Assembly: GCA_035389585.1 (NCBI GenBank)
Contig: DAOOSC010000001.1
Location: forward strand, 6,290 to 70,289
Direction: 5' to 3'
From: Candidatus Magasanikiibacteriota bacterium
GTDB taxonomy: Bacteria; Patescibacteriota; Patescibacteriia; Magasanikbacterales; UBA922
Length of the DNA stretch: 64,000 nt
Below the pieces are notes generated by a model. That model did no database searches. It was not told the origin of the DNA and worked only from the letters and a program-made list of their open reading frames with translations. This document shows, in pieces, positions 17,488 to 26,633 of the stretch (position 1 is the stretch's first letter; each line of letters begins with the position of its first letter). A program made the translations under genes and the position numbers.

Positions 17488-18833
17488 TTCTTGATCGGGG
17501 TCAACCGGGGAGCTTCGAGCCACCACGTGAGAGCGGTAGGGTGCCTTTTTTTGGCAATCTCGATGTTCGCGATCGGTCGACGGAGTTAGACGAAGAAAGT
17601 GATTCGAATAAAATATTAGAAAATTTTTCTGATTTACGAGTGGTCGAAAATATGGTAGTTCAGAAAGGTTCGGACGGGGAGTATCTCGGGGTATTATCGC
17701 GATCTTTTGACAAATTATTGCGGGCCTCTGCTGGAAAAGAAATTGGAGAACTAAATGCTGACGACATGCGCATGCTCGTAGATAATGGTTTGCCACCGCT
17801 ATTTTTTTCGGAATTAGCGGGTGTATATTTTCATCAGAAAAATGATTTTGGTAATCGTATTGCAGGCATGCTCGTGGATGAGAATGGTTTCGGATCGAAT
17901 GTGGCGCTCGCTAACGGTTTGAATTGTCTCGCTTCATTCCAAAGTCGGCGCAAGCAACACGATGTGAGCCGTGAACTCAATCGACATGGTCTAGAAATTA
18001 TCAAGGAAGAAAATTCTCCAGAAGCGATGTGGCAGAGAATGAAAATTGAGCATGGTTTGGTCGACGCTCGGTCGCGTGGTGTTTTGCACGCTGACATGGT
18101 AGGCAAATTTGAAGACTTGCTTCGCAGGCGTGTTGAATTAGGTGATAATAATCATATCGGGCGGACAGAATTGGAAATTGCGCGTCTGTGTTTGGAATTA
18201 GGTGATTTCGGAAAAGCTCTACATTTTGTCGAACGGGCTCTAGCGAGTGCCACAAGTGTTCGTTATGCGAATCTTATTGTCGATACAGAACTTTTGGAAG
18301 TGAAAATTAGACGCGCGATGGGGGATTATCGCGGTTCGAGGAATTACTTTTTGAAAGCAGACGAATCGGGGCGTGATCTGGGTCCAGTGCGTGAGCCAGA
18401 AATTGAGGAAGCGGGGGAAGATTTAGAAAAGTATAAGGCGTCGGTTTTTTGTGCCGTACAGTTTCCAAACGGAAAATATTTAACTTCGATTAGTGAAGAT
18501 GGCACTGCAAACCCTGTTTTGGTTGAATTAGCAAATACCAAAAACGTCGAAGGTGGAATTCGTGAAGGATTAGAAAAACTACTCAATAGTTTACGTGATA
18601 TGTCAGGTCTAAAAGGGGAAGAAGGGGTGAGTATCTCGGTGAGGAACACGCGTTTGAAGTTTCAATACAAAGAAAATGTCGGTACCGAGGAAGCTCCGCA
18701 TCGAAATATTGGCTATGGGGTATTTTTGCCTGAAACAAGCCAAATCACCGAACTCTGTCGGGTACTTGACAAAAATTCAATTTTAGGTTATGGTATCACT
18801 GATTCTTGGTCGGAAAGTCCGGTGAAAGAGTGA
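17484..18833 (+). CDS. Hypothetical protein of 449 aa with no domain recognised
   Basis: A long clean ORF with host-like codon usage, whose start overlaps the fdtA-like stop (ATGA). The central region may be helical and repeat-like. It is inserted between dTDP-sugar genes. Confidence 0.55.
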   Translation: MILDRGQPGSFEPPRESGRVPFFGNLDVRDRSTELDEESDSNKILENFSDLRVVENMVVQKGSDGEYLGVLSRSFDKLLRASAGKEIGELNADDMRMLVDNGLPPLFFSELAGVYFHQKNDFGNRIAGMLVDENGFGSNVALANGLNCLASFQSRRKQHDVSRELNRHGLEIIKEENSPEAMWQRMKIEHGLVDARSRGVLHADMVGKFEDLLRRRVELGDNNHIGRTELEIARLCLELGDFGKALHFVERALASATSVRYANLIVDTELLEVKIRRAMGDYRGSRNYFLKADESGRDLGPVREPEIEEAGEDLEKYKASVFCAVQFPNGKYLTSISEDGTANPVLVELANTKNVEGGIREGLEKLLNSLRDMSGLKGEEGVSISVRNTRLKFQYKENVGTEEAPHRNIGYGVFLPETSQITELCRVLDKNSILGYGITDSWSESPVKE

Positions 18834-19011
18834 TATTTTACATAAATTACAAAAATGCTGGCAAATAGCTTGTCATTATTTTTGTGCCGACAATATCGAG
18901 ACGGTCTCGGCGTTGCCGGACACCATATTTCTGTGTCTGCGTAAGCGGAAGTGAAACAGGGATGTGGACGGACAATCTTTCCAACCCTAATTGGTGGGTA
19001 GGAGGATCGAG

Positions 19012-19752
19012 ATGGGATTGACTTTGAGAGAAATTCTGGCCCTCGAAGGCCAGACCAAGGCCGATGGTTTGAAGGATGCCCTTATCAAATTGGAGGGCCA
19101 CCCCTACAGCTCTGCGTTCGCGGGTGTGGTTGTCATCTACAAGGCCGCAGCTATGCTCCGACGCCTTGAGGAAGGGTACAACGTGGCGGAGGAGTCTATA
19201 AGACTCTTTGATGCGTTCATTGAGGTGATGAATCAGATGATCATTGATCTCGGATTCGTCGACCCAGAAGACAACCCTGACGACGAGACGCCACCTCCTG
19301 TGGAGACTCGGGAGCATGTCATCGCCGCACTTTTGAGTCATAACGTCGCCTCGGCCAACGCGGCAGTGAATGCCGATGACCCTGAGATGCAACGCGAGTG
19401 CAATCTCTGGTCGCTCAATATGTTGAATGGAGTTCCTGAGGATCAGCGTGACGATGACTGGCATGTCGTGTACGAGAAAGTCTGTGCTGGTCTTTACGAA
19501 GCGGGCCACATCGATTGGGACGAAGAAGGCTACAACGACCTTCTCCGCTCGATGACGGAACGTCATTCGAAGGATGCGGCGGGTCGCGCGGCTTTCCTGG
19601 CTCGCAAGTACATGGATGCGAGTCGGATCGATGAGGCCGTCGAAGTGCTTGCGCCTGTCGAAAAAGATGATGATTGGTCGGCTCCGAACCAGAAGGAAGC
19701 GGCCATGAAGCTTCTGGCCACCATTCGTGGCATCATCGCATCAGGCGCCTAG
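19012..19752 (+). CDS. Hypothetical acidic protein of 246 aa with atypical, GC-richer composition
   Basis: A GGAGGA RBS lies 5 nt upstream. Codon usage favours AAG/ATC/TTC/GAC, unlike the flanking genes that favour AAA/ATT/TTT/GAT. The opposite strand carries an overlapping 239-aa ORF, which I judge to be a spurious mirror. Confidence 0.55.
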   Translation: MGLTLREILALEGQTKADGLKDALIKLEGHPYSSAFAGVVVIYKAAAMLRRLEEGYNVAEESIRLFDAFIEVMNQMIIDLGFVDPEDNPDDETPPPVETREHVIAALLSHNVASANAAVNADDPEMQRECNLWSLNMLNGVPEDQRDDDWHVVYEKVCAGLYEAGHIDWDEEGYNDLLRSMTERHSKDAAGRAAFLARKYMDASRIDEAVEVLAPVEKDDDWSAPNQKEAAMKLLATIRGIIASGA

Positions 19753-19801
19753 CCAATTCATCTTGTGCATTTTCGTTCTTAGTGCTGATAAAGCGCTCGA
19801 A

Positions 19802-19836
19802 CCTCACACAGAACATTGTGTGGGGTATTTTATTTC
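19802..19836 (+). terminator. Rho-independent terminator
   Basis: Stem cctcacaca / tgtgtgggg with a 6-nt loop, followed by a T-rich tract. Confidence 0.6.
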
Positions 19837-19891
19837 AGGAAAGGTAACTTCACTTGTCAATTCTGATTTTTTGTGTTAAAGTATTCATAAT

Positions 19892-20767
19892 ATGAACATC
19901 AATAAAGCCCTAATTATTGGGGCGGCGGGAACACTCGGCACAGCCCTACAAACCGCGTTCAAAGGGAAAAAAATACCTTTTGTTGCCTGGGACAAGGCTG
20001 ATGGTGATATTTTAGACATGGAAGGCTATATTGCGAAAGTCCGTAATTTGCGACCGGATGTGATTTTTAATTGTGCGGCGATTAATAATGTGAACGGGAT
20101 TGAGACGGACGATAAAATGCTCACTTTAGCAAATATGATCAATGGTGAATTTCCCGGTAAACTGGGAATTCTTGCGGATGAGATTGGCGCGACATTAGTT
20201 CACTATTCATCGGACTATATTTTTCAGGGAGACAAAAATTCGCCATATTCTGAAACAGACATTGGCAATCCAATTTCGAAATACGGTGCAACAAAATTGC
20301 TCGGCGAAAATAGTTTATTAAAAACGGGAAAGAAATTCTATATTATCCGTTTATCACGGCTTTTTGGCGCGCGCGGAACCGGACCAGAATCGAAATTAAG
20401 TTTTGTCGATCTCATGCTTGATTTGGTGGAAAATAAAGGGAAGACGGAGTTAAATGTGGTGAATGATGAAATTGCATCACCTACCTACGCTCCCGATCTG
20501 GCTGGTCTGAGTATTGATATTGTGATGAAGGAATTACCTTACGGTACTTATCATGGCACAAATTCAGGCGAATGCAGTTGGTATCAATTTGCGGTCGGAA
20601 TTTTTAAATTAAAAGGTATTGATGTTAAGATTAATCCTGTCAAAGGCGAGTTTTTTCCTCGACCGGCACTACCGCCGCCATATTCAGTGTTGGCAAACAA
20701 TAAGTTACCGCACCAGCGAACATGGCAGGAAGCACTTGCGGAATATCTGAAGGATGAAGACAAATAA
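19892..20767 (+). CDS. rfbD: dTDP-4-dehydrorhamnose reductase
   Basis: The 'ALIIGAAGTLG' Rossmann motif, catalytic 'YGATK', and a length of about 290 aa typical of RmlD. Confidence 0.8.
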   Translation: MNINKALIIGAAGTLGTALQTAFKGKKIPFVAWDKADGDILDMEGYIAKVRNLRPDVIFNCAAINNVNGIETDDKMLTLANMINGEFPGKLGILADEIGATLVHYSSDYIFQGDKNSPYSETDIGNPISKYGATKLLGENSLLKTGKKFYIIRLSRLFGARGTGPESKLSFVDLMLDLVENKGKTELNVVNDEIASPTYAPDLAGLSIDIVMKELPYGTYHGTNSGECSWYQFAVGIFKLKGIDVKINPVKGEFFPRPALPPPYSVLANNKLPHQRTWQEALAEYLKDEDK

Positions 20768-20768
20768 T

Positions 20769-21659
20769 ATGAATTTATCCGTCATTATCGTCACGTACAA
20801 CACACTCACACACCAAAGTGATCTATTTCGTAGTTGTCTGCGCTCAATTTCTGACGGAGCAGATGGAATATCATTTGAAATTATTGTAGCCGATAACGGT
20901 TCGACTGATGATACTGTTGCCATGCTAAAGCGCGAGTTCTCAAATGTAAAAATTATTGAGAATGGCGCAAATTTAGGTTTTGGGCGTGCAAATAATATTG
21001 GTGCAAAAGAAGCGAGTGGTGATTATTTGCTTTTTTTGAATCCGGACAATATTGTCCAATCCGGCTCTCTGAAATATTTAGTCGATTGGATGCAGACACA
21101 TATGGATGTTGGTATCGTTGGACCGAAAATGATTGACCAGAACGGAAGTCTAAATAAAGATGCGACACCGCGTCGTTTCCCTGGATCGCTTGATCAGGTT
21201 GCGATTCTGCTGAAACTTTCTCACATGTTCCCCAAATTATTGTCTTCTTACATGTATGAAGATCGTGATTTCAATCAATCGGGTGAAGTGGATTCGGTGC
21301 GTGGGGCATTTATTTTCATGCGGCGTGAATTGTACACCAAAATGGGCTTTGCTTTCGATCCACGCTATTTTCTCTGGTTCGAAGATGTGGACACTTGTCG
21401 CGAGTGCTGGCGTCATGGGTATAAAGTAATGTATCTCACCGATGTTGCCTGTATTGATCACGTAAGCCAAACATTCAAAAAAATTGGTAATGTGTGGAAA
21501 CAGAAAAAATTTACCGAAAGTATGGTGGCTTATTTTCGCAAATGGCATTCAGTTCCGGCATGGTTATTGATTTTTCTGCTTCGTCCTATTGCCGTCGGGA
21601 TGGTAATTTTTCATGAATCAATTATGAACATTTTTCATCGCGAAAAAACTAAAATATAA
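20769..21659 (+). CDS. Glycosyltransferase family 2
   Basis: 'LSVIIVTYN', 'VADNGSTD' and 'NLGFGRANN' are GT2 GT-A signatures. An alternative start is at 20754. Confidence 0.85.
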   Translation: MNLSVIIVTYNTLTHQSDLFRSCLRSISDGADGISFEIIVADNGSTDDTVAMLKREFSNVKIIENGANLGFGRANNIGAKEASGDYLLFLNPDNIVQSGSLKYLVDWMQTHMDVGIVGPKMIDQNGSLNKDATPRRFPGSLDQVAILLKLSHMFPKLLSSYMYEDRDFNQSGEVDSVRGAFIFMRRELYTKMGFAFDPRYFLWFEDVDTCRECWRHGYKVMYLTDVACIDHVSQTFKKIGNVWKQKKFTESMVAYFRKWHSVPAWLLIFLLRPIAVGMVIFHESIMNIFHREKTKI

Positions 21660-21661
21660 AT

Positions 21662-22759
21662 ATGGCGACATTGTCTCTAAATACAATTTATCATCACGAG
21701 AAGGAATTGAAGTATTTGCCATTTTTGATCGAATCTCTAAAAAGACAAACCTTTCAGGATTTTGAAGTCAAGATTTTGAACAATGGTCTATCGACAGAGA
21801 TGTTTTCGAAGGTCGAGAACGCTTATCGCACACTTGGTGTCAATGTGGAAGTTGTGCAATCACCGACGAATATTGGATTTGCCGGTGGGCAGAATTTGCT
21901 TTTCAAAAAAACCAGCGCCGCCTATGTCTTGATGTTGAATAGCGATATGTATCTCATGCCAAATGTTTTACAGAATTGTGTAGATTTTTTGGAGAGGCAT
22001 AGAGAGGTTTTTGGTGTTTCAGTACGTTTGATGCGTTGGGATTTCGCGATCGTAGAGGCGGCGATGGCGGTGGGGTCAATTTCAGAACGGGCTGGTCTAG
22101 GTTTCACGAACTTTGTGGACGCGATCGGTATCAGACTCTTACGCAATCGACGCGCTGTCGAATGGCTCACGCGTGAAGAGTGGGTGGGGGATTCCGCCAA
22201 TCCGCATGTGGCGAAACTGTTTCAGCAGACCATGGTGGAAGTGTTCGGGGTGTCGGGGGCTATGCCGGTATTTCGTACGAGTGCTTTACAGAATGTGCTC
22301 TTGCCAGGCGGAGATATTCTCGATCCGACTTATCATAGCTATAAAGAAGATTTGGACATTGCTTACCGTCTCCGTAACGCTGGCTATACTTCCTATGTAT
22401 TGCTCGACACGGTGACATACCATGATCGCACGGCCGCTGGCCCGCGCGGACTTTCGGATTGGTCGGCCGCCCAGAATAAACAGTATCAGACGGATTATGT
22501 GCGGTATCATTCATACAAGAACCATTTGCGAACTTTATATAAAAACGAGTATTGGCAGAATTTTTTGATTGATTTCCCGTTCATATTTTGGTATGAGTTG
22601 AAAAAGTTTGGGTATTTCCTGTTCACAAATCCGGGAATGATAATTCGGGCCTGGTATGAAATTTTGAAGAACGGTAAATACACGTATGCGGCACGGCAGG
22701 CTATAAAAGCATCGCGCAAAACGCATTGGCGTGGTCTGAGGAGATGGTTTTATGTTTGA
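21662..22759 (+). CDS. Glycosyltransferase family 2 (rhamnosyltransferase-like)
   Basis: 'NIGFAGGQN' and 'MLNSDMY' are GT-A motifs. Confidence 0.75.
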   Translation: MATLSLNTIYHHEKELKYLPFLIESLKRQTFQDFEVKILNNGLSTEMFSKVENAYRTLGVNVEVVQSPTNIGFAGGQNLLFKKTSAAYVLMLNSDMYLMPNVLQNCVDFLERHREVFGVSVRLMRWDFAIVEAAMAVGSISERAGLGFTNFVDAIGIRLLRNRRAVEWLTREEWVGDSANPHVAKLFQQTMVEVFGVSGAMPVFRTSALQNVLLPGGDILDPTYHSYKEDLDIAYRLRNAGYTSYVLLDTVTYHDRTAAGPRGLSDWSAAQNKQYQTDYVRYHSYKNHLRTLYKNEYWQNFLIDFPFIFWYELKKFGYFLFTNPGMIIRAWYEILKNGKYTYAARQAIKASRKTHWRGLRRWFYV

Positions 22760-23579
22760 TATTTGCATCACCCTCGTCAACACAAAGGAAAAAAAAGAAA
22801 TTCAGACCGCGCTCGAAACTCTCGCGGTAGATTCGGTTAATTCGGGTTTGAATTGGCAGGTGGCAGTCGTGGATAACGCATCTGGCGATGGACTCGAGAC
22901 GGAGTTGAAAGCAAAATTTCCCAATGCTGTCTATATTCAACAAAACAAGAATCTCGGATTTGGCGCTTCTCACAACAAAGCGCTGTCCGCGGTTGAGGCT
23001 AAGTATTATTTTGTTTTGAATCCAGATACGGAATTTATGCTAGGGCAGAATTTCTTACGTCGCCTATATGATTTCATGGAAGCAAATTCGCATGTGGGTA
23101 TGGCCGGACCAAAGATTATTTATCCTGATGGTTCACTGCAATATTCTTGTTGGCGCTTTCCGACATTTCTCCAACCAATTTTTAGTCGCACGAAGTGGGG
23201 GAGAGTGGGTAAAGGGAAAATTATTGCCGATTGTTTTCTCATGAAGGATTTCGATCATGCATCGACCAAACCGGTAGATGCGATTATGGGTTCGGCGATG
23301 TTTGTGCGTCGTGAAGCGTACTTGGCGGTAGGAGGATTTGACGATCTGTTTTGGATGTATTTCGAAGACATGGATTGGTGCAAGCGAATGTGGGAGAAAA
23401 ACTGGGCGGTATATTTCGTGCACGATGTGGTGTTGAAACACGCGCACGGACGGGCTTCCGCCAAAGTGCCGGGTGTCGTGATGGCACTCATAAAAAACAA
23501 ATACGCCCGTGTTCATTTGGTTAGCTGGCTCAAGTATTTTTGGAAATGGCGTGGCAATCATAAATATTACGCAAATTAA
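22752..23579 (+). CDS. Glycosyltransferase family 2
   Basis: 'VVDNASGDG', 'NLGFGASHN' and 'VLNPDTEF' are GT2 motifs. Confidence 0.85.
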   Translation: MFDICITLVNTKEKKEIQTALETLAVDSVNSGLNWQVAVVDNASGDGLETELKAKFPNAVYIQQNKNLGFGASHNKALSAVEAKYYFVLNPDTEFMLGQNFLRRLYDFMEANSHVGMAGPKIIYPDGSLQYSCWRFPTFLQPIFSRTKWGRVGKGKIIADCFLMKDFDHASTKPVDAIMGSAMFVRREAYLAVGGFDDLFWMYFEDMDWCKRMWEKNWAVYFVHDVVLKHAHGRASAKVPGVVMALIKNKYARVHLVSWLKYFWKWRGNHKYYAN

Positions 23580-23580
23580 T

Positions 23581-24678
23581 ATGAAGAAAGTTGTCATAAT
23601 GTATCTATTGTGGTCGAATGAGCCAATGCGGTATCTCACTGATGCGATTCGGGGTGTTGCCGCTCAGTCATACCCGCGCGAGGGTTTGGAATTTTTGATT
23701 GTGTATAATTCGCATAAACCAGATGAACCTTCGGCCGTGCCGTATATCCGGTCAGAAATAGAAAAGAATTCCGCGCACTTGCCACACACGACAATTATTG
23801 AAAATGATAAGAATCTCGGTTTTTCCGGTGGAAATAATTTCGGAATGCGTTGGGCGGTGGAACATGGTTTCGATTATGTATTTTTGCATAATGGCGATGG
23901 TTATCTCGGAGAGAATTGCGTCAAGGCGCTGGTCGAAGTGATGGACGCCGATCCGAAGATTGGTGCGGCACAATCTCTAGTTTTGCTCCATCCCGCTGTG
24001 GACAGCATCAATTCGGCTGGTAATTGTCTGCATTTTCTCGGTTTTGGATATTGTGATTTCTACAAAAAGAAAAAAAATGAAGTAGTACTTCCGGCTGTGA
24101 AGGATGTGGCCTACGCATCCGGCGCCGCGATTATGATGCGGACTGATTTATTACAGAAATTTGGCTATTGGGACGAAGATTATTTCATGTATCATGAGGA
24201 TACTGATTATTCGTTGCGTTTGTTCACAGCGGGCTATCGCAATGTCATGGTGAAAGCTTCCGAATTTTTTCATAAATATGAATTTTCCAAATCAATTTCA
24301 AAATATTTTTGGATGGAACGAAATCGTTATGCGATCCTGCTTTTGTTTTTTTCTTGCCCGACTTTGATACTCATTCTACCGATGTTTATTGTCATGGAGA
24401 TTGCTCTGTGGTTTTTCGCTTGGCGAGGCGGTTGGGTGGGGGAGAAGTGGAAGGTGTATAAGTATTGGCTGAAGTGGGGGTCGTGGAAGTTCTGGTTAGT
24501 GAAGAGGAGAAAATTGATGGCGGATCGAGTTACTTCGGATCGCAAATTATTGCGTGCGATGGTGGCGGTAATTAAATTTCAAGAAGCGGCGATTGAAAAT
24601 CCCGTGCTGAAATATATTGGCAATCCGGTAATGTTCGTATATTATTGGTTATTGTCACGCGTGGTTGTGTGGTGGTAG
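23581..24678 (+). CDS. Glycosyltransferase family 2 with a C-terminal membrane segment
   Basis: 'NLGFSGGNN' and 'LHNGDGY' are GT2 motifs, and there are C-terminal TM helices. The in-frame ATG lies 1 nt after the upstream stop. Confidence 0.8.
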   Translation: MKKVVIMYLLWSNEPMRYLTDAIRGVAAQSYPREGLEFLIVYNSHKPDEPSAVPYIRSEIEKNSAHLPHTTIIENDKNLGFSGGNNFGMRWAVEHGFDYVFLHNGDGYLGENCVKALVEVMDADPKIGAAQSLVLLHPAVDSINSAGNCLHFLGFGYCDFYKKKKNEVVLPAVKDVAYASGAAIMMRTDLLQKFGYWDEDYFMYHEDTDYSLRLFTAGYRNVMVKASEFFHKYEFSKSISKYFWMERNRYAILLLFFSCPTLILILPMFIVMEIALWFFAWRGGWVGEKWKVYKYWLKWGSWKFWLVKRRKLMADRVTSDRKLLRAMVAVIKFQEAAIENPVLKYIGNPVMFVYYWLLSRVVVWW

Positions 24679-24686
24679 GATAGAAC

Positions 24687-24720
24687 AAAAAACAGACCGA
24701 CAATCTCGGTCTGTTTTTTG
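24687..24720. terminator. Bidirectional rho-independent terminator
   Basis: A6, then stem cagaccga / tcggtctg, then T6. It sits between the convergent genes. Confidence 0.7.
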
Positions 24721-24737
24721 TTTTAGGAGTTTGGCTG

Positions 24738-25151
24738 TTAGGCAGTACCTTTTAGAGCTTTTTGCATATCATTCACGATCACTACATCTGCCCCCACAAG
24801 CGGTGTTTTGTAGACGATTTTATTATAGAAATCATCCAAAGTCATTATCTCATCTCTGTGCTCTGCAATTTTTTCGCTGAAATCAATAGATTCTTTGTGA
24901 TAGGGGTAAAGGGTTTTGTTCAGGAAGTCTCCCCATTCTTGTGGGGTTTTGGGCCGTTTGGCGATTTCAAGTGTCACGGTGTCGAGTTTTTTTATTTTTG
25001 AATCATCGTAAAATATTTTTTTATTAGGATCACCGCCGCTGATTTCAATATCTTCTTGGTTTTTGCGTCGTTTGCCTTGGTCTTCGTTGTACTCTTTTCG
25101 TGGGCTAATAGTCGCCCCGTCGAATTGGGTGCTCCGGGCTGTCTCATTCAT
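24738..25151 (-). CDS. Hypothetical protein of 137 aa
   Basis: A clean ORF with a charged N-terminal half and no recognisable domain. Confidence 0.45.
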   Translation of the reverse strand: MNETARSTQFDGATISPRKEYNEDQGKRRKNQEDIEISGGDPNKKIFYDDSKIKKLDTVTLEIAKRPKTPQEWGDFLNKTLYPYHKESIDFSEKIAEHRDEIMTLDDFYNKIVYKTPLVGADVVIVNDMQKALKGTA

Positions 25152-25234
25152 ATGGATGTTTTTATTAAGTTAAATTAATTGGCTTTGTTTTATTATATTT
25201 AATTTTGAGTGGAAGCGCAAGTTGACAATTTTGT

Positions 25235-26560
25235 CTAATACTTCAACTGGTAGATATCAATTTTTTCACCGACTTTTCCGAGAAAATATAGAAGACGTTT
25301 TTCAGCATTTGCGCCAGCTTCAGAGACATTATTCGCGGGAATAAGTTCTTGGGTGACATAGTATCCAGGGTTGAAAGCAAAAATACCTTTCGGAGTGGTA
25401 ATGAGGAGGACGCCGTATTTGTCGAGTGGGCGAGCAGAAATAATTTTTTCTCCAGTTCGATTGAGAATTGTCGCCGAACCGTCGGTATATATCGACCATA
25501 ATTCCCAATCAGTCCAAATTAGCCATTCTCGGGTATGGGTGTTGAAATAATATCCGACTGCGGAAGAAATGGTATGGATTTCGGGTTCGCCACCAGTAAA
25601 TTTAATGATGGTAATACCTCCCTCTGTTTCGATAATTGCGCGTTTTTCATCAATGTCAATTATTGAGATTGGTTTATTCGGTAGAGAGTAAGCGCGAGGT
25701 TGATTCGGGTTTTGCTGGACGAGGATTTTGTCATCGTCGGCAGTCCATAGTTGGCCTTTGGTGTCCACGAACCAGGCTGTGGCGGTCGTGGTCGCGATGT
25801 CTGTTAAGCCGATTTTTGTCAGTATGCGGACTTTGTCTCCGGCGCGGACAAGAATTTCTGGCGCGCTTGAAGAATGTCCCCAAATGTATTGAGTGTTTTC
25901 ATCAAAAGTTTCAGTTCGGACAGATACAGGAGTTTCAGCAGAGAGAATACTCAGACTATTTTTGTTTTTGAGTAGGATAAAATCGGTGTAAGGTGACCAT
26001 GAAAAATCCAACGATTCTCCAGTTTTTATTTCCCGTAAAATTTGCTCTTCACCGTTGCGGGTGTTAGTCAGGATTAGGCTCGTTTTTTCTAGGTTAGCTG
26101 AATTGGGGGATTGGATGGAGAGAAAATAATTTCCGGTAGGTGAAACTTTCATTTCTCGTATTTTGATATCTTTCGTATAGTATTTTTCTGATAGAGTGTT
26201 GGCGTAAAGAAAAATATTTTTTATATAGGTAGTTTGTTGGCTTTGGACAATTATATCTTTTTCGAATGGGTGGTAGTTTGATTTGCGAATGGATATGTGG
26301 TATGAACCGGGCGCAACATTGGGGATACGTAGGGGGGATTTCTGGCCAATCAATTTATCGTTAATATAAAAATCAGCATCGTTTGGGGTGGCATCGAGGC
26401 TAATCACGCCAGTACGTTCAATTTTGCCATTTCCTAAATTATAGCGATAGCCGGCGGTGTAGGAGAGAATAATTGGAGCAGTAATGAAAAACAGTATAAA
26501 AACACTAGTCATGATGATTCGTCGGACGGTTTTGGAAAGTTTTGAATCAGGGAAAGCCAT
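25235..26560 (-). CDS. PEGA domain-containing membrane-anchored protein
   Basis: An N-terminal TM anchor, a PEGA-like block 'ISLDATPNDADFYINDKLIGQKSPLRIPNVAPGSYHISIRKSNYHPFEKDI', and a large C-terminal, probably beta-rich, domain. Confidence 0.65.
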   Translation of the reverse strand: MAFPDSKLSKTVRRIIMTSVFILFFITAPIILSYTAGYRYNLGNGKIERTGVISLDATPNDADFYINDKLIGQKSPLRIPNVAPGSYHISIRKSNYHPFEKDIIVQSQQTTYIKNIFLYANTLSEKYYTKDIKIREMKVSPTGNYFLSIQSPNSANLEKTSLILTNTRNGEEQILREIKTGESLDFSWSPYTDFILLKNKNSLSILSAETPVSVRTETFDENTQYIWGHSSSAPEILVRAGDKVRILTKIGLTDIATTTATAWFVDTKGQLWTADDDKILVQQNPNQPRAYSLPNKPISIIDIDEKRAIIETEGGITIIKFTGGEPEIHTISSAVGYYFNTHTREWLIWTDWELWSIYTDGSATILNRTGEKIISARPLDKYGVLLITTPKGIFAFNPGYYVTQELIPANNVSEAGANAEKRLLYFLGKVGEKIDIYQLKY

Positions 26561-26633
26561 ATTTGGGAAGGTTTGATTTATTTCATAATATCAGGTATAA
26601 TCATAGCGTATTTCTCAATAAAAATCAATTAAT

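Noticed and set aside
18847-19566. A 239-aa ORF on the minus strand overlapping the acidic gene
   Set aside because: It is an antisense mirror of a GC-richer gene. GC-rich coding regions often leave long open frames on the opposite strand. The plus-strand ORF has the RBS, the terminator and a protein-like composition, while the minus ORF is Arg/His/Val-rich and unstructured.
25636-25971. A 111-aa ORF on the plus strand inside the PEGA gene region
   Set aside because: It is antisense to a long, well-formed minus-strand CDS and has a Cys/Arg-rich, low-complexity composition typical of spurious frames.
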